Source of the DNA: an uncultured Oceaniradius sp.
GTDB lineage: Bacteria; Pseudomonadota; Alphaproteobacteria; Rhizobiales; Rhizobiaceae
DNA: 64,000 bases
Assembly: GCA_964606055.1 (NCBI GenBank)
Contig: CAZSFA010000001.1
Span: 7,867-71,866 of the forward strand
Direction of reading: 5' to 3'
Shown piece by piece: positions 18,799 to 29,786 of the stretch (position 1 is its first letter; every line of letters begins with the position of its first letter). Under the pieces are notes generated by a model that was not told the DNA's origin, ran no database searches, and was given only the letters and a program-made list of their open reading frames with translations. Position numbers and translations under genes: made by a program.

Positions 18799-19781
18799 CA
18801 GTGCGTCTCCCAATCAGCCAGATCGATGAGTGTCCCGCCTTGCTCCCGGCTTTCGATTCCGGCGATCAGCAACTGCATCAGTTCGCGGGTTTCGGCGAAG
18901 GGAACGCGCGGGCGACCGTCGCGCAGGTAGTCGACAAAGGCGACCAGTTGGTCGCGGAACGCGCGGTACGTGTCGCCCATGCGCAACTGAACGCCACCCT
19001 TGGTGCCGGCCAGCGTGATCAGCCCGGCGCCGCCGGTCATGTCACCCGTCACCGTCAGAACGACGTCGATGCCGTCCCGATGCGTCAGATGGACGACATT
19101 GCGCGACGCATCGCCGATGTTGCGCACCGTCGCAAAACCCGGCCCGACGATCGGGTAGATCGCCTCAAGGGCATGAATGCCGTAGGTTTCCCATTTCTTG
19201 GCCATCGTCATGCCGACATGGCGCAGCGGCCCGAACTCGAACGTCGCGCCATGATAGGGCACCAACTCCTTGGCGTAGCGCATGGCGGATGACGAAGCGA
19301 TGGGACGCCCCTCGGCTATCCAGCGCGCGAAGGTTTCAAGATCGGCACGGTTGTCGCACAGCGGCTTGTCGACAAAGACGGGAATGCCGGCCTCGATGAA
19401 CGGTCTTGCCCGCTCGACGTGCTCGAAACCCTTGTCGGTGGCGACGAGAACCGCGTCGACCTCACCGATGACATCTTCGGCACGCGAGGCAATGGTGTCG
19501 ATCTGCGCCACTGCGGCGACCAGTTCGGCATCGGCAGGATCGTCGGTCCACACATGGGTGACCTCGGCGCCTGCAATCCCAAGCGTTTCGGGCGGCTGCT
19601 TGGCGATGTAGTCCTGGATCACGGCGTAGGGGCACCGCGCCAGCGCATCGGCATCGTAGCGGCCATTGATGATGATCGACCAGGAATAGGGATGGCCATT
19701 GCCCTCGACCATGCCCAGCATCGCCAATTTGAGCGGCCGGTCGCCAAACGGAAATGCGCCCATCGAAGACTGCCCTACCAT
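18798..19781 (-). CDS. Gfo/Idh/MocA family oxidoreductase
   Basis: VFVDKP, SSAMRY, YGIH motifs. Confidence 0.82.
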   Translation of the reverse strand: MVGQSSMGAFPFGDRPLKLAMLGMVEGNGHPYSWSIIINGRYDADALARCPYAVIQDYIAKQPPETLGIAGAEVTHVWTDDPADAELVAAVAQIDTIASRAEDVIGEVDAVLVATDKGFEHVERARPFIEAGIPVFVDKPLCDNRADLETFARWIAEGRPIASSSAMRYAKELVPYHGATFEFGPLRHVGMTMAKKWETYGIHALEAIYPIVGPGFATVRNIGDASRNVVHLTHRDGIDVVLTVTGDMTGGAGLITLAGTKGGVQLRMGDTYRAFRDQLVAFVDYLRDGRPRVPFAETRELMQLLIAGIESREQGGTLIDLADWETH

Positions 19782-20548
19782 GATGTCCAGCCGCCATCGA
19801 CCGCCAGCACCTGGCCGGTCACGTAGCTCGCCGCATCCGACAGCAGAAATGCGACCGGGCCGGCCGTTTCGTCCTGTCGGCCGATCCGACCCAGCATGGT
19901 CGACCGCTCCAGTCTGGTGATGAAACCGGGATGGTTGTCGACCACCGACTGATGCGGGAAAGGCCCGGGCGCGATTGCGTTGACGCGAATGCCAAGCGGG
20001 CCGAAATGGCCGGCCATGTAGCGCACCATCTGGTTCAGACCGGCCTTGCCGGCCCCGTACTCGATCGGATTGGGCGGCATGTCGCCCTGATAGTTGGCCG
20101 GAACCGGTGCCACCGCGCCATACATCGAAGAGTAGAGCACCATCGCCGCGCCCTGCCCCATGTGCCGGGACGCAGCCCGCGCCATCACGAACGCACCGGT
20201 AAGATTGATGCGGTTGGAGAGGTCAAAATCGTCGACGCTCAGCGCATTGAACGTCTTGCCGGACCCGTATGCGGTGGCCAAGACGAGCCCGTCCATCCCA
20301 CCCAATGCATCGGCCGCCCGATCGACGGCGCCCAGTATCGACGCCTCGTCCGCCATGTCGAGCGCGATCGTCGCAACGGCCGGGCCGGGCACGGCTGCAA
20401 GTTCTTCCCGCAGCACCCCCATCCGCTCCGCATCGCGGTCGGCAATGCAAAGGGCTGCGCCGCTCCGGTGCAGAAGGTGGCAGACCGGCGCGCCCAGATA
20501 GCCGGCACCGCCGGCGACCAGAATGCGGCGCCCTTCGAGCATGGTCAT
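19775..20548 (-). CDS. SDR family oxidoreductase (PtmA-like)
   Basis: GGAGYLG, SSMYG..P..Y......P.EYGAGK, NAIAPG. Confidence 0.87.
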   Translation of the reverse strand: MTMLEGRRILVAGGAGYLGAPVCHLLHRSGAALCIADRDAERMGVLREELAAVPGPAVATIALDMADEASILGAVDRAADALGGMDGLVLATAYGSGKTFNALSVDDFDLSNRINLTGAFVMARAASRHMGQGAAMVLYSSMYGAVAPVPANYQGDMPPNPIEYGAGKAGLNQMVRYMAGHFGPLGIRVNAIAPGPFPHQSVVDNHPGFITRLERSTMLGRIGRQDETAGPVAFLLSDAASYVTGQVLAVDGGWTSW

Positions 20549-21561
20549 CGTTCGCTCCCGTCGATCTCGATGATCCGACGCTCCAGCCACGAGCGCTTGG
20601 CGGCGAGCGCGAGCGCAAGGTTCAGCCGCGCCTCCTCGAGTGTTGCCAGATCGTCCGGCTTGCCTTCCAGCGCGTCGAGCATCGCGTTGGCCTGCAAGGC
20701 AAAACGCGCCTGATGGGCCTCCATAGGGGCCAATCCCTCCATGAAGTCGCGCTGTTCGGCCCATGCGCCGCTGTCATCATCGGCGAACTTCAGCGTCGAG
20801 TGATCGAGCATCAGATTGCCGCACGTGCCGATCATCTCGAATGTCGACACATGCCGCTTCTGAAACTGGTTGATCGTCAGATTGGCCATGGCTCCGCCTT
20901 CAAAGCGGATGTTGACCAGGCATGTGTCCTCGGTGCGGCTGCCTTCGAGCGCCATCCGGTCATGCATGGCGCCGACGGTTGTGGGTCGGCCGAGCATCCA
21001 GATCAACGCGTCGAAGCTGTGGCTGGCGGCATCAAGGATGGCGCCGCCGCCCATCTCCGGGCTCGAATAGTAGGTTTCGCGATAGTCCGGCCGGTACTTG
21101 GGAAACTCTTGTGAAGCGTTGACGTAGGCGAGCTTGGGGACGCCGATCTTGCCGTCGAGGACGTGGGCACGCATCGCCTTCAGTTCGGGGGCATTGCGAC
21201 GGGTGTAGCCGACGCGCGCGATGATGCCCTTGTCATCGACCTGCCTGAGAACAGCGTCCACGCCATCCATGGTGACGGCGAGCGGCTTTTCGACCAGGAA
21301 CGCAAGGCCGGCCCGGGCGCACGTCATCATGATATCCACATGCCGGTGGGCCGGAGCACAGATCACGGCAAGATCCTGCGCGGCCAGATCGACGTGTTCG
21401 AGATCGGCTTGGCTGCTTTGGGGCGCGTACAGGCTTTCGGCGGATGACCGCCGGGTTGTGTCCGGCTCCACATAGCTCAGCACCGCACGACCGGTCTCGG
21501 CAAATCCCTTGATGTGGCGGCGACCGATCCCGCCGGTTCCCACGATCACAACGCGATGCAT
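20545..21561 (-). CDS. Gfo/Idh/MocA family oxidoreductase
   Basis: GTGGIGRRH, VEKP, GGGAILDAASH. Confidence 0.9.
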   Translation of the reverse strand: MHRVVIVGTGGIGRRHIKGFAETGRAVLSYVEPDTTRRSSAESLYAPQSSQADLEHVDLAAQDLAVICAPAHRHVDIMMTCARAGLAFLVEKPLAVTMDGVDAVLRQVDDKGIIARVGYTRRNAPELKAMRAHVLDGKIGVPKLAYVNASQEFPKYRPDYRETYYSSPEMGGGAILDAASHSFDALIWMLGRPTTVGAMHDRMALEGSRTEDTCLVNIRFEGGAMANLTINQFQKRHVSTFEMIGTCGNLMLDHSTLKFADDDSGAWAEQRDFMEGLAPMEAHQARFALQANAMLDALEGKPDDLATLEEARLNLALALAAKRSWLERRIIEIDGSER

Positions 21562-21947
21562 GAAGCTCCCCTGGCACCAAGCACCAGAACGCGCTTGACA
21601 CCCTCAAATACTATGTTGTTATGTTAAGCTTATATCTTGGCGCGTCAACGGCTTTGGCGAAAAAGGCAAGATAGATCAGGCTGTTGCGCGACAAGCGGCA
21701 GGCGGGGAGTCACGGCGCAGGGTTGATGTTGCATTGAGACCTGATGCGCCTCCATCGGCTGCCGCACTGCGGCACGCAGTGACGATGACCGGCCGGGCAT
21801 TGCTCGCCCATCCGGCCCGCTGGCCGCGCGCAAGGGCTCAAGAACGGGAAGCGGCATCAAGCCGCCGGTCGGTGAGAACGCCTGGGTAGACGCATGTCGG
21901 CTGATGGGTGTCACCTTGCCAAGGATGCAAAAAGCAAAGGGAACGCC

Positions 21948-23570
21948 ATGAAGAACCAACTTCTCGCAATGACCGCCGGGCTCCTGATGTCGACCGCCAT
22001 CGCAGGAACGGCCGTCGCCGAGGCGATCAACGACAGCCAGCTCTCCGACCCGCGCGTTCGCCAGGCCATTGCCTATGCGCTCGACATGGAGACGATCGTC
22101 GACACGATCTTCGAGGGCAACGCGATCCTGGCCGATGGCCTGCAACCGCACGGCCCGAACAAGCCAGAAGGCCTGAGCTACTACAAGTACGATCCGGACA
22201 AGGCGCGCGCGCTGCTTTCGGAGGCGGGCTGGAACGACAACCGCGAACTGGACGTCGTCTACTACTACTCCGACCAGATCACGGCCGACTTCATGGCCGC
22301 CATGCAGGCCTATCTGGCCGATGTCGGCATCCGGATGAACTATCGCCTCCTGGAAGGCGATGTCGGCGCCCAGCTCACCGTGATGCCCGATGATCCGGAA
22401 GCTGGCCCTTCCGGGCTTTCATGGGACATCGCCTATGGCGCGCGTGCGGCACTGGCGCCGCACGAATACTTCAACCGCTTCGCATTTGGCCAGATGCCGA
22501 TGATACCCAACATCGACCAGATGAACGATTTGGTGGCAAAATCCAACGGCAGCGCCGATGTCGCGGTTCAGCGTGAGGCGTTTCACGAGATGGAGCGCCT
22601 TGTGAACGAGAACGTTCACATCATGCCGCTCTACTACCAGCAGTTGTTCATCTTCCAGAGTGACCGGATTGACCGCAACGGCAACCCCTACGGCAACGAG
22701 CAGTACAACTACAATTGGGGCATCACCGAATGGACGGTCGAACCCAATGAGGACGGCGAAAGGGTCGCCTACACCAACACCGGCCCGCAACAGTTCTTCG
22801 AACTGCCGTGGCGCAACCTGGGCATCTGGATCACCTCGAAGGCCGTCTTCGACACGGTGCTTCTGGCCGATGGCGCGCTGACGCCGATCGGCGGTGAACT
22901 GGCCGAGAGCTACGAGATGAGCGAGGACGGCCTGACCCTGACCATCACCATGCGCGACGATGCGCTTTGGCACGATGGCGATCCGGTCACTGCGGACGAT
23001 GTCGCATGGAGCATCCAGGCCGCGGCGATGAACCCGACCACACAGCCAACGGTCAGCGCTTCGTTCCGCGCGATCGAAGGCGCGGAAGCCTATGTCGCCG
23101 GCGACGCCGACGAGATTTCCGGCATCTCGGTCGACGGCAATGCGGTCACGCTCAGCTTTGAGACGGTGGCGCCGAACATCCTGCTGTCATTGACCCAGTT
23201 CCACCCGCTGCCCAGCAAGTACTTCGAGGGCGTGGACCCGATCCAGCTCCAGCAGTCGGACTTCTGGCAGAACCCGGTTGGCTCGGGGCCATTCAAGATC
23301 GATGAGGTGCGCATGAACGACTTCATGACGCTGGTGCCGTTCGAAGACTATCATGGTGGCGTTGCCAAGATCGAACGGATCATCGCCACGCCGTCGGGCG
23401 ATGGCGACGGCAACCTGATCCGCAACGCTGCGGCCGGGCGTGCCGATTTCGGCTACACCAAGAACACTGCCGATGTGCCGGCACTCGAGGAGATCGAGGG
23501 CATGACGGTGATCCCGATCGACTTCCCCTACACGCGCATGTTCTGGATCAACCAGTTCGTCCGCAAGTAG
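21948..23570 (+). CDS. ABC transporter family-5 substrate-binding protein, apparently circularly permuted
   Basis: Signal peptide, then DPRVRQAIAYALD/YDPDKARALLSEAG BEFORE GELAESYEMSEDGLT..WHDGDPVTADDV and PVGSGPF. Confidence 0.88.
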   Translation: MKNQLLAMTAGLLMSTAIAGTAVAEAINDSQLSDPRVRQAIAYALDMETIVDTIFEGNAILADGLQPHGPNKPEGLSYYKYDPDKARALLSEAGWNDNRELDVVYYYSDQITADFMAAMQAYLADVGIRMNYRLLEGDVGAQLTVMPDDPEAGPSGLSWDIAYGARAALAPHEYFNRFAFGQMPMIPNIDQMNDLVAKSNGSADVAVQREAFHEMERLVNENVHIMPLYYQQLFIFQSDRIDRNGNPYGNEQYNYNWGITEWTVEPNEDGERVAYTNTGPQQFFELPWRNLGIWITSKAVFDTVLLADGALTPIGGELAESYEMSEDGLTLTITMRDDALWHDGDPVTADDVAWSIQAAAMNPTTQPTVSASFRAIEGAEAYVAGDADEISGISVDGNAVTLSFETVAPNILLSLTQFHPLPSKYFEGVDPIQLQQSDFWQNPVGSGPFKIDEVRMNDFMTLVPFEDYHGGVAKIERIIATPSGDGDGNLIRNAAAGRADFGYTKNTADVPALEEIEGMTVIPIDFPYTRMFWINQFVRK

Positions 23571-23579
23571 GACCGGATT

Positions 23580-23633
23580 GGCGCCGACACTCCCAAGCCC
23601 GTCGCGAACGCGGTTTCGCGGCGGGTCGGCGCC
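23580..23633 (+). other. GC-rich stem-loop after the SBP gene (possible mRNA stabiliser/attenuator)
   Basis: Inner stem CCCGTCGCGAA/TTCGCGGCGGG, outer stem GGCGCCGAC/GTCGGCGCC. Confidence 0.45.
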
Positions 23634-23678
23634 TACCTTCAACCCGGCTCGTACGACTGCCTTGATCCGGAAAGCGCA

Positions 23679-24641
23679 ATGCTGACCTACACCATTCGGC
23701 GCCTCCTGACCCTCATTCCGATGGCGCTCGTGATCAGCTTTCTGGTCTATGGCGGGCTCGAACTGACGCCGGGAGACGCAGTTTCGCACATGATCCCGCC
23801 GGAAATGGCGGGCACACTGCCACCCGAGCGGCTTGACGCACTGCGCGACTCGCTGGGTCTGAACGACCCTTTCGTCGTCCGCTATGGCATTTGGCTCACC
23901 GGGCTGTTTCAGGGCAATTTCGGCTTCTCACTGACCGCCGGCGTTCCGATCCGTGAGATCGTACTCGACCGGCTGCCCGCAACGCTCGAACTGTCGATCG
24001 CCGCGCTTTTGTTCTCGACGCTGTTCGGCCTCATCCTGGGCACGATCAGCGCGTTGACCCGAGGCACGACGACCGATCACACGTTGACCGTCGTCGGCAT
24101 GGTCGGCGTGTCGATCCCGGAATTCTTCTTCGGCCTTGTGGCCATATTGGTGTTCGCTCTCAATCTGGGATGGTTGCCGGTCGGCGGGCGTATGCTGCCC
24201 GGCTATGACAGCTTCTGGGACCGGCTGCCGCACCTGATCATGCCCGCGCTGGTTCTGTCGATCATGATGACTGCGGGCGTCATGCGCTATGCGCGCTCGT
24301 CCATGCTGGACGCGCTCTCCAAGGAGTTCGTCAAGACGGCGCGCTCCAAGGGCATGCCCGAATGGCGTGTGAACCTCCTGCACGGCCTGCGCGTCGCGCT
24401 CACACCCGTGATCGTCCTGATCAGCTTCCGCCTGCCGATCCTGATCGGCGGTTCGGTGATCATCGAGGAGGTGTTCCAGTGGCCCGGCATCGGCTCGGAG
24501 TTCATCGCCGCGGTACGCTCGCAGGACTATCCGCTGGTGATGATGATCGCGCTCCTGTCGGTAATCGCCGTGCTGCTGGCCAGCCTGATCGTCGACCTGC
24601 TGACCGCGCTGATCGACCCGCGCGTCCGGCTGGGAGATTGA
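23679..24641 (+). CDS. Peptide/nickel ABC transporter permease (DppB-like)
   Basis: PGD, RLPATLEL, EFVKTARSKG, FQWPGIG, DPRVR. Confidence 0.93.
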   Translation: MLTYTIRRLLTLIPMALVISFLVYGGLELTPGDAVSHMIPPEMAGTLPPERLDALRDSLGLNDPFVVRYGIWLTGLFQGNFGFSLTAGVPIREIVLDRLPATLELSIAALLFSTLFGLILGTISALTRGTTTDHTLTVVGMVGVSIPEFFFGLVAILVFALNLGWLPVGGRMLPGYDSFWDRLPHLIMPALVLSIMMTAGVMRYARSSMLDALSKEFVKTARSKGMPEWRVNLLHGLRVALTPVIVLISFRLPILIGGSVIIEEVFQWPGIGSEFIAAVRSQDYPLVMMIALLSVIAVLLASLIVDLLTALIDPRVRLGD

Positions 24642-24645
24642 TCGG

Positions 24646-25602
24646 ATGACCGCAACGCTCCCAAGCCCGGGCGCCAAGCAAACCGCTCGCCCGCGCACAC
24701 GTCACGACAACCAGTTCGACCGCATCCGAGCCCGCGAGGAAGCCGGCACGTTCAAGGCTCCCGTTCAGGGCCGGTTCTTTTCCAAGTTCCGCGGCAACAA
24801 GCTGGCGATGATCGGTCTGGTCGTCTTCACGATCATCGTCCTGGCATCGCTTTTCGCGCCGCTTCTCACCACGCATGATCCGCAGCAGATCAACCTGCGC
24901 GCCATGCTGCAGCCACCTTCGGCCGAGCACTGGTTCGGTACGGATCGCACCGGTCGTGACGTGTTCGCGCGTGTCCTTTACGGCGGGCAGGTATCGATCC
25001 TGGTCGGTCTGGGCAGCGCGTTGATGGCCACTGTGATCGGGGTGCTGATCGGCATCTACACCGCCTATGTCGGCGGCTGGGTCGACGGGCTGGCGATGCG
25101 CACCTCGGAAGTCCTGATGGCTTTCCCGCAGATCATCCTCGTGCTGATGCTGGTCGCGATCCTCGGGCAGTCGCTGACCAACCTGATCCTGATCTTCACC
25201 CTGACCGGCTGGGGCGGCATTTACCGCATGGCCCGCGCGCGGATGCTGTCCTTGCGCGAAGAGGATTACGTCCAGGCGCTGCGCGCTTTCGGCCTCTCGC
25301 CGGCGCTCATCGCCTACAAGCACATCCTGCCCAACGCGCTCGGACCGATCATGGTCAACACGACGCTGTCGACCGCCGCCTTCATCCTCCAGGAAGCGGG
25401 TTTGAGCTTCCTTGGCCTTGGTGTCCCGCTGTCGACGCCGACCTGGGGCAACATCCTCAATGTCGCTCAGGACCTGCGCGTGCTCGAAAACAACTGGTGG
25501 CTGTGGCTGCCGGTCGGCATCGTGATTTCGCTGTTCGTGCTCAGCGTCAACCTGATCGGCGACGGCCTGCGCGATGCGACAGACCCGTCCCAGCAAGGAT
25601 GA
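24646..25602 (+). CDS. Peptide/nickel ABC transporter permease (DppC-like)
   Basis: HWFGTDRTGRDVF, EDYVQALRAFG, LSFLGLG, GDGLRDA. Confidence 0.93.
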   Translation: MTATLPSPGAKQTARPRTRHDNQFDRIRAREEAGTFKAPVQGRFFSKFRGNKLAMIGLVVFTIIVLASLFAPLLTTHDPQQINLRAMLQPPSAEHWFGTDRTGRDVFARVLYGGQVSILVGLGSALMATVIGVLIGIYTAYVGGWVDGLAMRTSEVLMAFPQIILVLMLVAILGQSLTNLILIFTLTGWGGIYRMARARMLSLREEDYVQALRAFGLSPALIAYKHILPNALGPIMVNTTLSTAAFILQEAGLSFLGLGVPLSTPTWGNILNVAQDLRVLENNWWLWLPVGIVISLFVLSVNLIGDGLRDATDPSQQG

Positions 25603-26616
25603 GCGAGATGTCCGCCGCAAACGACGTCGCGCTGACGGTGAAGGACCTCAAGACCTTCATCTACACAAACAATCGCTGCAACAAGGCGGTGAACGGCGTG
25701 TCGTTCACCATCCGGCGCGGGCGCACGCTGTGCGTGGTCGGCGAAAGCGGCTGCGGCAAGTCGGTCACCGCCGCCTCGATCATGCAGCTGCTGCCGACCC
25801 TGTCGCGCATCGAGGATGGGGAAGTCACCTACCACAGCGACCGCGGCGATGTTCGCATCGATCTGCTGCCTCGAAACGGCCGGCAGATGCGGGCGATCCG
25901 GGGCCAGGACATCGCCATGATCTTCCAGGACCCGATGACCGCGCTCAATCCGGTCTACACGATCGGCTTCCAGATCATCGAGATGCTGCGCTACCACACG
26001 ACGCTGGGCTGGCGCGCGCGCTACAACAAGGCGATCGAACTGCTGCAGTCGATGGGCATTCCGCTGCCCGCCCAACGCGTCGATGAGTACCCGCACATGT
26101 ACTCGGGCGGGATGCGCCAGCGCGCGATGATCGCCATGGCCATGTCCTGCAACCCGAAGATCCTGATCGCGGACGAGCCGACCACGGCGCTGGACGTGAC
26201 CATCCAGGCGCAGATTTTCGATCTGATGGAGACACTCAAGCGCGACCACGGCACGGCCATCATGCTCATCACGCACGACATGGGCGTGGTCGCCGAACTC
26301 GCCGACGAAGTTGCGGTCATGTACATGGGCAACATCGTCGAGGCCGGAACCGTCGACGAGGTGCTGCGCACACCGCGCCATCCCTACACCAAGGCCTTGC
26401 TGGAATCGATCCCGGTCCTCGGCCGTGGCAAGGATCAGGACATCCGCGCCATTCCCGGCCAAACGCCCAACCCCTATCAGCGACCGCCGGGGTGCCAGTT
26501 TGCCGACCGCTGTCGCTATCGCGTCGCCAAATGCGACACCGCCCCCGAGGAAACGCAACTGAGCGACACGCACCGCGTGATGTGCTGGCGCCATGCGGAC
26601 GAAGAGGTCTATCTCG

Positions 26617-26630
<14 letters not shown>
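25599..26630 (+). CDS. Peptide ABC transporter ATP-binding protein (DppD-like)
   Basis: [30 protein letters not shown]. Confidence 0.93.
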
Positions 26631-27696
<1,066 letters not shown>

Positions 27697-27719
27697 AGCC
27701 AGCACAGGAGAACGCCGCA

Positions 27720-28649
27720 ATGGCGCGCCATGACATCGCCAAGCTGGGCGGGGTGATACCGGCCCTGATCACCCCATTCGACCGGGACGGGCATTTTGAC
27801 CCCGATCGCATGCGCGCCTGTACGCGCCACCTTCTCGGTCGCGGCATCACCGGCCTCTACCTCACCGGATCGACCGGCGAAGGCTTCATGATGTCGCCCG
27901 AGGAGCGCCGTGAGGTGGTCGAGACCGTGATCGACGAAGTCGGCGGCGAGGTGCCCGTGATCGTCCATGTCGGCGCAATCAGCACCTTCCATTCGATCGC
28001 ACTGGCCAAACATGCGGCCGATGTGGGCGCCGACGCTGTGTCCTCCGTGCCGCCGATCTACTGGCCGTTCACGGCCGCGCAAATCGTCCGCTACTACGAG
28101 GAACTGACGGCAGCCACCGATCTGCCCATGCTCGTCTACAACATCCCGCTCGCAGGCCAACTCGGCTTCGACACGATTGCGCGGCTGGCCGCGATCCCCG
28201 GAGTCGCCGGAATCAAGTACACCGGCCCGACCCAGTTCGACTACACCCGCATGCGCGCCGAAATCGGGCCCGATTTCCGTGTCTTCTCGGGCGCCGACGA
28301 GATGGCGCTGTCGGGTCTCATCTACGGTGCGCCGGGCCTGATCGGGTCCTTCTACAACATCATGCCCGAACTCTTCATCGCCATGGTGGCGGCGGTGCGC
28401 GAAGGACGATTGGCCGAGGCGCAGGCCCTGCAGAACAACGCCAATGAGGTGATCTTCTTCATGCTGAGGGGGCAGACGCTCGCCGCGGTCAAGCGGATCA
28501 TGGCCTGGCAGGGCGCCGATGGTGGCTACTGCCGCGCGCCGCTCGACAACGATATCTCCGCATCCGACGAGGAGACGCTGCGTGACGGTCTGAAAGCACT
28601 GCGCGACGCGCAGGGCATCACCGGCATCGCCTTTCTGGACGCCCTATGA
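27720..28649 (+). CDS. N-acetylneuraminate lyase/DHDPS family aldolase
   Basis: GLYLTGSTGEGF, YNIP, GIKYT, SGADEM, GSFYN (NanA-like features). Confidence 0.85.
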   Translation: MARHDIAKLGGVIPALITPFDRDGHFDPDRMRACTRHLLGRGITGLYLTGSTGEGFMMSPEERREVVETVIDEVGGEVPVIVHVGAISTFHSIALAKHAADVGADAVSSVPPIYWPFTAAQIVRYYEELTAATDLPMLVYNIPLAGQLGFDTIARLAAIPGVAGIKYTGPTQFDYTRMRAEIGPDFRVFSGADEMALSGLIYGAPGLIGSFYNIMPELFIAMVAAVREGRLAEAQALQNNANEVIFFMLRGQTLAAVKRIMAWQGADGGYCRAPLDNDISASDEETLRDGLKALRDAQGITGIAFLDAL

Positions 28650-29708
28650 CGCTGCGGCGATATCGGCGCGTGCCGCATCCACCAGCGCCCGTGCCGTATC
28701 ATGAAACAACGCCTTGCGCTGCACCGGCGATAGGCCGATCTGCCGCGCACCGCGCTTCATCGCGCGCAACTGTTCGTACCGGATGTAGGTCATGCGCGGG
28801 TCGCAATGGCCGAGCCGCAGATCGTGGTTCTCCGGCGAAAGGAACGACCACGCGTTGCCGAATGTGATGTATTTGCCGCGCATCGGCCCGATCATGTCGT
28901 CGCTGCCATACATGACGCGATCGACGCCGACGCCGGTGTAGAGCGCATCCAGCGCGTCGGACTCGCACACCGTCGATGTGTCGTACCAGACATTCGGCAG
29001 ACCCCGGATCGCGGCGGCGGCCGCTTCGATGGCCCATGCCGAATAGCTGCGCGCGCAATGGGCAAGGATCCAGCGAGCGCGTGGATAGGCGTCGCTGAGC
29101 CGGTTGATCTCGGCGATGTTGTCAGGGTCGGCGATCGCCGCGCGCTTGGAAAGGTGCATCATGATGACCAGCCCGAACCGGTCGGCGATGGCAATCTGGT
29201 GCTCGGGCAGGAAATCGGTGATCGATGCATCGGCGCGATCTGCAATCCGGGCATAGTTCAAGTAGGGTTTGAGGCCGATCAGGCCCTTGTCGAGAACCGC
29301 CGCCTCGATCTGCGCCGCGCTCATACCCGGATGGACGAGCATCAGGCCGGCGGAGTGCGGCGCCGCTGAGGTTTGTTGGGCAATGTAGGCGTTCGACGCT
29401 TCAAAATCGCACGGTTCGGGGAAGGGCATCGGAAAGGCCAGCCGGTCGACCTTGCGGCCTGGCATCAGCGCGGCATCGACCGCATCGGCCAGCGACCAGT
29501 CCACCTCCGGAAAGTCCCGTCCGATCAGCTTGTAAGGACCCGTGTCGCGGTCCGGATCGGTGTTGAAGGCCCAGCGGTAGACATGCGTATGCGCGTCGAA
29601 CACCGATTGCGGAACGAACTCATCCAGTTCTTCGGCCCAGATGCGCCGGTCCAGATCGGTCGGCGCCCAATGCGGCTCACACCGAGGATCATTTTGAGCC
29701 TCGCTCAT
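28644..29708 (-). CDS. Amidohydrolase family protein (Amidohydro_2-like)
   Basis: FDAHTH, GLKPY, MMH, LAHC, MYGSD. Confidence 0.85.
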   Translation of the reverse strand: MSEAQNDPRCEPHWAPTDLDRRIWAEELDEFVPQSVFDAHTHVYRWAFNTDPDRDTGPYKLIGRDFPEVDWSLADAVDAALMPGRKVDRLAFPMPFPEPCDFEASNAYIAQQTSAAPHSAGLMLVHPGMSAAQIEAAVLDKGLIGLKPYLNYARIADRADASITDFLPEHQIAIADRFGLVIMMHLSKRAAIADPDNIAEINRLSDAYPRARWILAHCARSYSAWAIEAAAAAIRGLPNVWYDTSTVCESDALDALYTGVGVDRVMYGSDDMIGPMRGKYITFGNAWSFLSPENHDLRLGHCDPRMTYIRYEQLRAMKRGARQIGLSPVQRKALFHDTARALVDAARADIAAAS

Positions 29709-29728
29709 GCTTGCCTCCCCGCACGATT

Positions 29729-29754
29729 TATATTGTTATGCGTATAACAATATA
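29729..29754. promoter_or_regulatory. Perfect 11-bp inverted repeat operator
   Basis: TATATTGTTAT-GCGT-ATAACAATATA between divergent genes; contains TGTTA-N6-TAACA. Confidence 0.75.
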
Positions 29755-29786
29755 GGCAATCATTGGGGCGGTGAAGAGGAAAAGCC

